A program made the position numbers and the translations under genes. 64,000 bases of DNA from a virus. The DNA lies in IMG/VR virus record IMGVR_UViG_3300045988_133735. One strand, written 5' to 3'. Positions 34,651-41,718 of the stretch are shown here, piece by piece. Every line of letters begins with the position of its first letter. Positions within the stretch are counted from its first letter, which is position 1. The notes under the pieces are model-generated. The model made no database searches. It was not told the DNA's origin and worked only from the letters and a program-made list of their open reading frames with translations.

Positions 34651-35123
34651 TGGAGGAAGTTATGGGAAAGACGATTGATACGTCAGAGCTTCTGTATCGG
34701 ATGGGCAAGTACGCAGAAATCGATGTCGGAGAAGAAAGCCATGATGCGTTTATGCACTTCATGCTTCTTTTGACTCGCACAATTGAGAAGATGCCGAATG
34801 CTGCGCTAACGCATAAGAATCCGATTGATGATGAGATTATGAAGAATCAGTACAAGCTGGTGAACGCAATCTCACTGGTAACCGGTCGCACTCGAAACGA
34901 TGGCTGGTATCCTACTTGGATTGGCATGACTATGAAAATTGTGCGTCTGAAGGTCGATGAGTCTGCTGGTTTCCGGTACATCAAAGACAATGAAGGGCAT
35001 GACTATCCGGGCGCAATGCATACGTCTCATGTTACCGATTATTACATCTCGGATGACAAGAAGAATGTTATTGTTCAGACCGAAAACACTATTTTTAAAT
35101 TTGAAAAGGTTGAGGAGGACTAA
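34650..35123 (+). CDS. hypothetical protein
   Basis: ORF track. The start could be ATG 34662 (GGAGGaagtt upstream). Confidence 0.5.
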   Translation: MEEVMGKTIDTSELLYRMGKYAEIDVGEESHDAFMHFMLLLTRTIEKMPNAALTHKNPIDDEIMKNQYKLVNAISLVTGRTRNDGWYPTWIGMTMKIVRLKVDESAGFRYIKDNEGHDYPGAMHTSHVTDYYISDDKKNVIVQTENTIFKFEKVEED

Positions 35124-35126
35124 ATT

Positions 35127-35432
35127 ATGGCTAAGTATTTTTACGTTTACAATATCGCCGGTGTAGAGGATTCTATTGTAAAGATGTTCAACACTGATAC
35201 TGGTGCAATGGGCGAGAAAAGCGTCAAGAAGGATCATATGGATGGGTTTATTGATGGTATCAAGACGAGCGGCTTTGTTTTGAACAAGGAGCTGGCAGAT
35301 GCTGATGTTGCAGAGGCCGAAGCAAAGCGTGTTCTGGCAGAGAAAATGACCGCTTATCAGGCAGCTCGCGATAACTATCATAGCAAGAGTGAAACCTTGA
35401 AGAAGGTCAAGGCTAAGTACGGCATTAAGTAA
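35127..35432 (+). CDS. hypothetical protein
   Basis: ORF track. RBS GAGGAGGactaaattATG. Confidence 0.55.
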   Translation: MAKYFYVYNIAGVEDSIVKMFNTDTGAMGEKSVKKDHMDGFIDGIKTSGFVLNKELADADVAEAEAKRVLAEKMTAYQAARDNYHSKSETLKKVKAKYGIK

Positions 35433-35456
35433 AAGATGAATTTTACGGAGGATAGT

Positions 35457-35927
35457 ATGATTATTGTTGGATATCCGTGCATCGGGAAAAGCACATACGC
35501 TGTTAGTCACAAATACAAGGCAATCGACCTCGAAAGTAGCAATTTTATCAAAGACGGCAGTTGGGTCGAATCATATTGTAATGTGGCTATCGGTTTATCA
35601 GAACAGGGTTATGATGTGTTCGTATCTTCTCATGATGATGTTCGTAAGCAGCTTTTAAAAAGTGGTTATAAGAATATCTTTGCAATTTATCCATCACCTG
35701 AAATCAAAAACAAATGGCTTGAGAAGCTTAGTTATAGATTTTGGATCACAGACCTTGACAAGGACTATCGTGCATGGCAGAGGGCTTTGCATCACTACGA
35801 TGAGGATGTTGCTTCCTTTAAGGAAGATGCGAAACACTTCTATGGATTTTATGAAATCGGTCATGAACCAGAAGGTGAGTCGTATGACATTGCATCCGTT
35901 CTTGATGAATTTAAGTATGGCTGTTAA
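35457..35927 (+). CDS. P-loop NTPase or kinase-like protein
   Basis: MIIVGYPCIGKSTYA is a Walker A-like loop at the extreme N-terminus, as in small nucleotide kinases. ATG 35457 follows acGGAGGatagt. Confidence 0.45.
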   Translation: MIIVGYPCIGKSTYAVSHKYKAIDLESSNFIKDGSWVESYCNVAIGLSEQGYDVFVSSHDDVRKQLLKSGYKNIFAIYPSPEIKNKWLEKLSYRFWITDLDKDYRAWQRALHHYDEDVASFKEDAKHFYGFYEIGHEPEGESYDIASVLDEFKYGC

Positions 35928-35939
35928 TTAAAATTTAAC

Positions 35940-35954
35940 GGGTGGGTGGGAGGA
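35940..35954 (+). promoter_or_regulatory. G-tract motif GGGTGGGTGGGAGGA (copy 3 of 3)
   Basis: Intergenic after the 35457..35927 gene. It is followed by ataaaaatTATTATG. Confidence 0.4.
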
Positions 35955-35966
35955 ATAAAAATTATT

Positions 35967-36197
35967 ATGCATAAGACTGATAGTTTGAAAAATCCAGTAA
36001 TCGTATTTCCATGCAAGAACTGTGGTTGTACAACTAAGATTCGAGTAGCCTCTTTTGAAAATCCTGATTTGGATATTCCTGAGAATAATGTGATTGCGTG
36101 TTATAGATGTAGAGCGGAAGTTGCTGGATCTGAGTTTGTTTCTTGGAAAGAAGCAACAAAAACTATTTTTACCGTGGAGGTGCCCGATGGCAATTAA
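35967..36197 (+). CDS. hypothetical zinc-ribbon-like protein
   Basis: Frame of track ORF 35946..36197. CKNCGC...CYRC. The start is uncertain (GTG 35946 or ATG 35967). Confidence 0.45.
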   Translation: MHKTDSLKNPVIVFPCKNCGCTTKIRVASFENPDLDIPENNVIACYRCRAEVAGSEFVSWKEATKTIFTVEVPDGN

Positions 36198-36417
36198 AAT
36201 TATCAAACATAAAATAGAACAAGAAAAACTGGCTTATAAATTTTCATGTGATTGTGGTTGTGAGTTTTGGTCTGACGCAGATAGCGTGATAGAAGTTAGC
36301 TCATGCGGACATATTTTTCTTTATCAAACCAAATGTCCAGAATGTGATTGCACTGTTAGTATGGTGCCGAATCTTGGGCTTAATATAATGCCTAGAAATA
36401 AGATTTTCGAAGAATAA
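36187..36417 (+). CDS. hypothetical Cys-rich protein
   Basis: Frame of track ORF 36094..36417. ATG 36187 follows GGAGGTGcccg. CDCGC...CPECDC. Confidence 0.5.
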   Translation: MAIKIIKHKIEQEKLAYKFSCDCGCEFWSDADSVIEVSSCGHIFLYQTKCPECDCTVSMVPNLGLNIMPRNKIFEE

Positions 36418-36446
36418 AATTGTATGTTTTAATGAGGGTAAATAAT

Positions 36447-36782
36447 ATGACTTATACGCTTATGTCTGTTCCAGAAGATAAAGAAGTCTGGTGCACTGGA
36501 TTTCGATTTGATGATATGAAGGCCGGCATCAATTGTAAGCCGGTACAAGGGACTATTCATGACAATGATTATTGGAAGTCGAAGTTTAAAACAAAAAATC
36601 GCACAATCAGTGTGAATACAAATCAATCGTATTATGCGTTTGCTGATACTTACGAAGAAGCCGCACATATTTATAATGAGATGATAAACACATTTCTTGT
36701 TGAGCTTGATAATAGATACCACAAAATTGCAAGCTCATTAGAGGGCTGCTATCTATCGAATGATCACGGTATTATGTTTTAG
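36447..36782 (+). CDS. hypothetical protein
   Basis: Frame of track ORF 36420..36782. ATG 36447 follows tGAGGGtaaataat. Confidence 0.5.
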   Translation: MTYTLMSVPEDKEVWCTGFRFDDMKAGINCKPVQGTIHDNDYWKSKFKTKNRTISVNTNQSYYAFADTYEEAAHIYNEMINTFLVELDNRYHKIASSLEGCYLSNDHGIMF

Positions 36783-36810
36783 AAACCAGACTTTTATGAA
36801 GTGGTGAATT

Positions 36811-36999
36811 ATGATTGAACGCGAAGAATTTTATGTGGTAAATAATCTCATGGTTGTTGCACACGACTATGAACGTATAGATGGGTATGGCCGTATGTGG
36901 AGCAGACTGCCCGTAGATAAGAATTGCCTTGAAACTTATTGCCAAGCTCTAAAAGACTGTGGATATAAAGATACTACGGAGAATTTCAAAAATGATTGA
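36811..36999 (+). CDS. hypothetical protein
   Basis: ORF track. The C-terminal YCQALKDCGYK motif is shared with the 37247 ORF. Confidence 0.45.
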   Translation: MIEREEFYVVNNLMVVAHDYERIDGYGRMWSRLPVDKNCLETYCQALKDCGYKDTTENFKND

Positions 37000-37216
37000 A
37001 GAATATATAAAAATTATATGTGATCGGTGCTGCAAAGATACGTTTGTTAAAAAGAATGGATTCCCAAACAATGTCGCAAGTTATTACGTTCCTGATGATA
37101 AAAAATGGAGCTTGAAAGGCGAAGATGCTATCTCGGATTTATGCCCACAGTGCCGACGCGAATACGAAGAGATGCTCCATAAATTCTTTTGCGAGGGACT
37201 AAAACATAACGATTGA
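36992..37216 (+). CDS. hypothetical zinc-ribbon protein
   Basis: Frame of track ORF 36959..37216. ATG 36992. CDRC...CPQC. Confidence 0.5.
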   Translation: MIEEYIKIICDRCCKDTFVKKNGFPNNVASYYVPDDKKWSLKGEDAISDLCPQCRREYEEMLHKFFCEGLKHND

Positions 37217-37246
37217 AGAATTAGGGTTTTATAAAGGAGAATGCTA

Positions 37247-37417
37247 ATGAAGGATTTTGACTTTTATAGAGCTAAATATATTCGCGATGGGAAATGGCGA
37301 ATTGAGTTTTTTGATAAAGACAAAAAGTACGTTGGCTCTATTTATAAAGTAGAGTCGGACGGCGTCCGTGGGTATTGCCAGTGTTTAAATGATCTTGGCT
37401 ACAAAGCAATTTTATAA
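37247..37417 (+). CDS. small hypothetical protein (56 aa; below the track cutoff)
   Basis: Hand translation MKDFDFYRAKYIRDGKWRIEFF...GYCQCLNDLGYKAIL*. RBS aAAGGAGaatgcta. Confidence 0.45.
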   Translation: MKDFDFYRAKYIRDGKWRIEFFDKDKKYVGSIYKVESDGVRGYCQCLNDLGYKAIL

Positions 37418-37446
37418 AACTTGGATTCTTATAAAGGAGGTTCACA

Positions 37447-38274
37447 ATGATTATTGATTGCAAATCTATTGCACAAGATATCAAAGATAAAATCAAGAAT
37501 ATTATCGCAGAAGCTGACTATGCTCCTGTTTTATATATTTATCAAGTAGGGGACAACCCTGCGTCTAACGCTTATATTCGCGGCAAGTTGCGTGACTGTG
37601 AAGAGGTGGGAATCGAAGCAGAACTTATCAAACTGCCGGAAGATATTACAGAGGATGAATTAAATAACAAGATACTAGAAGATTATAATTGGGAATATGT
37701 GGACGGCATCATTGTCCAACTTCCGCTTCCAAAACATATCAATCCCAAAAACATCTACATTCCAGACGCAGTTGATGTTGATGGTTTTAATTCTACCTCT
37801 CTGTTTCAGCCTTGCACTCCGCTGGGCGTTATGAAGATTTTCGACGCGATTGATTACGATCTGGATGGCAAGAATGTGCTTGTGTGCGGTCAGTCTGATA
37901 TCGTAGGTCGTTCGTTGGTCGATATGCTGATTAAGCGGCATTGCAATGTTATCTCTGTGAATAGTACAGGTTCCGCCATGAAAGCCACTGCCATCGGATT
38001 TGGAATAGTCAATGTTATTATTTCCGCCGTTGGTAAGCGTGACTTTATTTCGACGTTTGATTTATTTGATACGGATGTTTGCATCGACGTTGGTATCAAC
38101 TATGATGAGAACGGAAGGCAGCACGGCGACTGCACTGATGCTGTTTATGATATGAAGGATGTCAAAGTAACACCTCGTATCGGCGGAGTTGGCCTTATGA
38201 CTCGCGCTATGCTCTTATATAATGTATGTGTGGCGAAATACGGGGCAGAGAAGATGGAAGAGGTGATTGAATGA
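37447..38274 (+). CDS. folD: bifunctional methylenetetrahydrofolate dehydrogenase/cyclohydrolase FolD
   Basis: YIRGKLRDCEEVGIE...VDGIIVQLPLPKHIN...GQSDIVGRSL...GGVGLMT are the classic FolD motifs. Confidence 0.85.
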   Translation: MIIDCKSIAQDIKDKIKNIIAEADYAPVLYIYQVGDNPASNAYIRGKLRDCEEVGIEAELIKLPEDITEDELNNKILEDYNWEYVDGIIVQLPLPKHINPKNIYIPDAVDVDGFNSTSLFQPCTPLGVMKIFDAIDYDLDGKNVLVCGQSDIVGRSLVDMLIKRHCNVISVNSTGSAMKATAIGFGIVNVIISAVGKRDFISTFDLFDTDVCIDVGINYDENGRQHGDCTDAVYDMKDVKVTPRIGGVGLMTRAMLLYNVCVAKYGAEKMEEVIE

Positions 38275-38501
38275 AAGAACAGAAAATTCCGCTTGAACAG
38301 CAACTTGTATATAACGTAGAAGAAGTAGCAACCATCTTGAAAACTACACGCCCTGTGGTATACTCTTTAATAGAAAAGGGTTATCTTCCGAGCATTGTTC
38401 TTGGCAGACGGAAAGTGACGAGGAAGGCACTACTTACATTTCTTGATAAGAACGAGAACACTAATTTTAGCCAAATCTTGAAATCAAAACAACTATCGTA
38501 A
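38271..38501 (+). CDS. xis: excisionase-family helix-turn-helix DNA-binding protein
   Basis: YNVEEVATILKTTRPVVYSLIEKGYLPSIVLGRRKV is a MerR/Xis-type HTH. It lies directly upstream of the attP-like region and the integrase. Confidence 0.6.
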   Translation: MKEQKIPLEQQLVYNVEEVATILKTTRPVVYSLIEKGYLPSIVLGRRKVTRKALLTFLDKNENTNFSQILKSKQLS

Positions 38502-38513
38502 GCCATTTGGTCG

Positions 38514-38564
38514 TGCCCACAAAATTGCCCACATTTTATTTTCTGTGGGCAAACCGTGGGCAAA
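38514..38564. repeat. left cluster of 4 TGTGGGCAA-type sites (2 inverted, 2 direct)
   Basis: tgcccacaa 38514-38522 (-), ttgcccaca 38525-38533 (-), tgtgggcaaa 38544-38553 (+), cgtgggcaaa 38555-38564 (+). Confidence 0.7.
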
Positions 38565-38613
38565 TCGACAATTTGTTTCCAAAGAATGACGTACACACGC
38601 CAAAACTTTATAG

Positions 38614-38688
38614 ATGGCAAAGGATGAAGCCCGTCACGGCCGCGGCTTCGAGGGCCTGCTGAAGCGTTACTTCAACACCGAAGTCTGA
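38614..38688 (+). other. 75-nt GC3-rich mini-ORF inside the att region, possibly a host-gene 3'-end mimic or attP core
   Basis: ATG..TGA encodes MAKDEARHGRGFEGLLKRYFNTEV*. About 59% GC by hand count with almost all codons ending in G or C, unlike the A/T-ending codons elsewhere. An in-frame TAG lies immediately upstream. Confidence 0.35.
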
Positions 38689-38755
38689 CGAAAAACACTA
38701 AAAAATACAATTGCACAACGCGAAATTTTAAGCTGTTCACGGAATAATCTGTTCA

Positions 38756-38799
38756 AATCTGTTCTTAACTGTTTTTATCGGTTGAGAACAGATTTTTTT
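38756..38799 (+). terminator. 10-bp perfect hairpin plus T-run (terminator and/or core-type inverted repeat)
   Basis: aatctgttct (38756-38765) pairs with agaacagatt (38785-38794), followed by ttttt. A third direct copy of aatctgttc lies at 38746-38754. Confidence 0.45.
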
Positions 38800-38803
38800 G
38801 TAT

Positions 38804-38939
38804 TGTGGGCAAATTGTGGGCAAACCCTGCCGATTTGGCCGCTTTTTACCTCTTTTTTTGAAATTGCCCACAAAAAGTCTGAAAGTTGGCTTGTGGCCTA
38901 GAAAAATCGGCTGTTAAAAATTTTTTTTATGTGGGCAAA
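38804..38939. repeat. right cluster of 4 TGTGGGCAA-type sites
   Basis: tgtgggcaaa 38804-38813 (+) and 38815-38824 (+, an 11-bp tandem), ttgcccacaa 38864-38873 (-), tgtgggcaaa 38930-38939 (+). Confidence 0.7.
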
Positions 38940-38943
38940 TTAT

Positions 38944-38972
38944 TTGACGGTTAAAACAATATGTGGTAAAAT
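38944..38972 (+). promoter_or_regulatory. sigma70-like promoter for the integrase (TTGACG-N17-TAAAAT, TG-extended)
   Basis: TTGACG at 38944-38949, a 17-nt spacer ending in TGg, and TAAAAT at 38967-38972. It lies 5 nt downstream of the last TGTGGGCAAA site. Confidence 0.5.
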
Positions 38973-39013
38973 CATGTTGTAAGAATAGAACTCTTTGACG
39001 AAGGAGTAAAAGT

Positions 39014-40336
39014 ATGGGTACAGTCAGAAAAAGAGGCGGCAAGTGGTCATATCGCGTTGACTTCACCGGGACCGATGGGAAACGTGTCCAAAAAGAAAAA
39101 GGCGGGTTTGCGACCAAGAAGGAAGCTAACGCCGCGATGACGGCTATTGAGAACGATCTTTTAAAGACGGGTGAATATATAGAACCTAATCAAAGAATCA
39201 CCATGCAGCAGCTTTTTGAGGAGTTTATAACAGAAGAAGCTCCTGTAACTAGAAAGTACGCAACGATTGTTAGATACAAATCACTCTATCGAAATCAGAT
39301 TGGTCCTGAATTTGGAGTGAATTATCTCTATCAAATATCGACCGATCGAATTCAAAAATTCCTCAATTATAAAATACAAGAAGAAAAAAGCAAAATGTCA
39401 GGACATACAGAGCAGGGACTTAGTGCCTCATATGTACGCAGCCTTTATAATTTTCTTCTCGTGCTTTTCACTTATGCTAGAAAAAAGAAAAAATATATTC
39501 GCAACGATCCCATGGAAGAAGTTGTTCCTCCAAAAGATTATCGCGCTTACGGTAAGGAAATAAGATATTATACACAAGATCAGATTGAATGGATGGATAA
39601 GAGATTTCAATCTACCAACTTATATACGGCTTATCTTCTTGGATTATATCTTGGCGTTCGCGTAGGAGAATGTTTTGCCTTGCGGTTTAGTGATATCGAT
39701 TGGAATAAAAGGACAATCAAAGTTGGAGCACAACTTCAATTCCAAAACAAAGTGTGGAGTCTGGTATATCCTAAAACGCCCAACTCTATACGCGAAGTGA
39801 AGATGAATCAAAAGCTGGTTGACTATCTGAAGAGCCTTCAAAAAAAATATAGTGAAAACAAGGAGTTATTTGGAGGCGGTTGGAAAGGCGAGAATAAGGT
39901 TATGGATCGACGGCCTGAATTTTATGGTAATCCGGGAGTAATGCTAACCGTAGAAGATTTTATCAACGTTAAACCTAACGGTGAAATGTATGTAACCAGT
40001 TCGGATAAAACACTCTCTCGTATATGTAAAAAAGAAGCGGGATTTGATTTCAAATTCCATTATCTGCGTCATACTCATGCAACTATATTGGCAAGTAAAG
40101 GCGTTAATCCTCGATACGTTATGGATCGCTTAGGGCATGGCAAAATTGATGTCACTCTCAAATACTATACGCATGTAACGGACGAGATGCACGACCAAGT
40201 GGCTGCTATTATGGATACCGTTATGGGTGATCAAGAATTGTATGATAAAAATAATATAATTCAAGATGGTACGGATATTTCTCAAATGGCTGTCTTAGAG
40301 GGCACAGAAGACGCCGGTGAAGATAACGAAGAATAA
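39014..40336 (+). CDS. int: tyrosine recombinase / phage integrase
   Basis: N-terminal arm-binding-type domain (MGTVRKRGGKWSYRVDF). Catalytic region ...RVGECFALR...HYLRHTHATILASKG...LGHGKIDVTLKYYTHV (R, HxxR, Y). Confidence 0.85.
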   Translation: MGTVRKRGGKWSYRVDFTGTDGKRVQKEKGGFATKKEANAAMTAIENDLLKTGEYIEPNQRITMQQLFEEFITEEAPVTRKYATIVRYKSLYRNQIGPEFGVNYLYQISTDRIQKFLNYKIQEEKSKMSGHTEQGLSASYVRSLYNFLLVLFTYARKKKKYIRNDPMEEVVPPKDYRAYGKEIRYYTQDQIEWMDKRFQSTNLYTAYLLGLYLGVRVGECFALRFSDIDWNKRTIKVGAQLQFQNKVWSLVYPKTPNSIREVKMNQKLVDYLKSLQKKYSENKELFGGGWKGENKVMDRRPEFYGNPGVMLTVEDFINVKPNGEMYVTSSDKTLSRICKKEAGFDFKFHYLRHTHATILASKGVNPRYVMDRLGHGKIDVTLKYYTHVTDEMHDQVAAIMDTVMGDQELYDKNNIIQDGTDISQMAVLEGTEDAGEDNEE

Positions 40337-40395
40337 TATTTACAATACACTTGAACACGGATTGAAATCAATATGTTGTAAATTATAATAATAAA

Positions 40396-40632
40396 ATGAG
40401 GGGACTTGCAAAAACAATGAATAATCCAGCAATACTTGATATCGCACTTGGTTTCGTTCTGCATAAACATAGCAAGGACGAATTTGGTCGTAAAAATAAT
40501 AAAACGCAAGCCATCCGTGAATTGTCTGACGAAGAACTTGCCGCACTCTTAAGCGAGCTTGTCGCACAGCAGGATAACTGCCCAAATACTGTGAGCGGAT
40601 GGAAAGAATGGCTCAGTGAAGAAATAAAATAA
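40396..40632 (+). CDS. hypothetical protein
   Basis: ORF track. It has its own promoter-like TTGAAA-N16-TATAAT upstream. Confidence 0.5.
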   Translation: MRGLAKTMNNPAILDIALGFVLHKHSKDEFGRKNNKTQAIRELSDEELAALLSELVAQQDNCPNTVSGWKEWLSEEIK

Positions 40633-40636
40633 AATG

Positions 40637-40690
40637 CTAAAAAATGGGGTACTGGTCCAATTAAAGATCAATACCCCATTTATTTTTATT
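40637..40690. terminator. bidirectional rho-independent terminator at the convergence point of the two transcription blocks
   Basis: aatggggta (40643-40651) pairs with taccccatt (40672-40680). An A-run lies upstream and a T-run downstream. Confidence 0.6.
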
Positions 40691-41438
40691 CTGCTATTGA
40701 GTCAAGAACTGCGTTTACAACATCTAAGTTTATCTGCCCGGGAGCACTCGAGTCTCCAACACTTGCAAAAGTCATTGCAGACCCAAATACTTCTCCACAC
40801 AATCGGCTGGCGACACCAAGCTTTCCCATACTGATTGTAATAATAGGAGTAGCAAAATATTTGTCTTTCATTTCAACCGTAGCGGCCAGTAAAGTCAACA
40901 CATCCGTGCTGTCGTGCGGCATAACTGCTACTTTTGGCAAATCAGCGCCAACCTGTTGCATTTTAACCATACGAGAAACGAGCTCATTTTTATCAGGCGT
41001 CTTTTGGAAATCGTGACTTGAACATACAACCACAACTCCAGAAGAATGTGCATTGTCTATCAGTTCACGAATATCATCTCCGGCTGTAAAGAACTCAATG
41101 TCAATAAGGTCAGCACAGTCCGCATCTATTATCATGTTGATGAAATCCAAATATTCTTGGTGAGTCAGAGACGCTTCTCCGCCTTCGTTTTCGGTGCGGA
41201 ACGTCACTAACAAAAGCTTGTCCTTTAATGCCACACGAAGTTTTTGCAAGCAAGACACCACAGAACGTGCATCAATGCATTGCTCAAACCAATCAACACG
41301 CCACTCCACACAGTCAATACGAAGCCTTGAAAACTCAAATGCGCGTTCTAAAATCTTTGACTCGGTTTTTTCAACGATTGGAATTATGACCTTGGGTCTA
41401 CCTTCGCCAATATGACAGCCACGAACAACAATAGACAT
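40686..41438 (-). CDS. aroD: type I 3-dehydroquinate dehydratase (AroD)
   Basis: GEGRPKVIIPIV..., ...VVVCSSHDFQKTP..., ...LPKVAVMP (Schiff-base Lys context). ATG 41438 is preferred over track start 41486 (AAGGAGtgatatc upstream). Confidence 0.8.
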   Translation of the reverse strand: MSIVVRGCHIGEGRPKVIIPIVEKTESKILERAFEFSRLRIDCVEWRVDWFEQCIDARSVVSCLQKLRVALKDKLLLVTFRTENEGGEASLTHQEYLDFINMIIDADCADLIDIEFFTAGDDIRELIDNAHSSGVVVVCSSHDFQKTPDKNELVSRMVKMQQVGADLPKVAVMPHDSTDVLTLLAATVEMKDKYFATPIITISMGKLGVASRLCGEVFGSAMTFASVGDSSAPGQINLDVVNAVLDSIAE

Positions 41439-41463
41439 GATATCACTCCTTGGAATAATAATA

Positions 41464-41718
41464 TCAATGTCCATTCGTATTGTCAACTAATTCAATATCG
41501 CTCGGTTCAACATAACCCGATACATTTACTGAAATTGGATACTTGCCAATGCGGCTCCCAAGGTTTGTCACTCGATAGCGACCATTGACTAGTTTTCCAT
41601 CATAGATAAACCATTCTCCCCGGCGGCGCATACCGCAGTGAGTCTGGCTGTTTGAAAATAATACTCCGTCTAATTTAATTTTGTCTCCTGCACGAAATGT
41701 ATTCTGGTTGCCTGCCAT
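41464..41718 (-). CDS. SH3-like / cell-wall-binding-like small protein, translationally coupled to the endolysin
   Basis: Frame of track ORF 41464..41733. ATG 41718 shares its A with the endolysin stop (TGATG). GDKIKLDG...GEWFIYDGKLVNGRYRVTN...GYV resembles bacterial SH3 binding modules. Confidence 0.5.
   Translation of the reverse strand: MAGNQNTFRAGDKIKLDGVLFSNSQTHCGMRRRGEWFIYDGKLVNGRYRVTNLGSRIGKYPISVNVSGYVEPSDIELVDNTNGH

Noticed and set aside
34872-35510. 212-aa - strand ORF.
   Set aside because: It is antisense to three short + strand genes that each have strong RBSs. Shadow ORF.
38381-38620. 79-aa - strand ORF in the att region, and the 67-aa - strand ORF 38914..39117.
   Set aside because: They overlap the Xis-like gene end, the repeat arms and the integrase start. 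They have no RBS, and the region is better explained as recombination and regulatory DNA.
40686-41486. aroD as host DNA marking a prophage boundary.
   Set aside because: Phage lysis and tail genes continue on one side, and integrase, attP-like repeats and replication genes lie on the other. The gene shares strand, spacing and terminator with the phage late operon.
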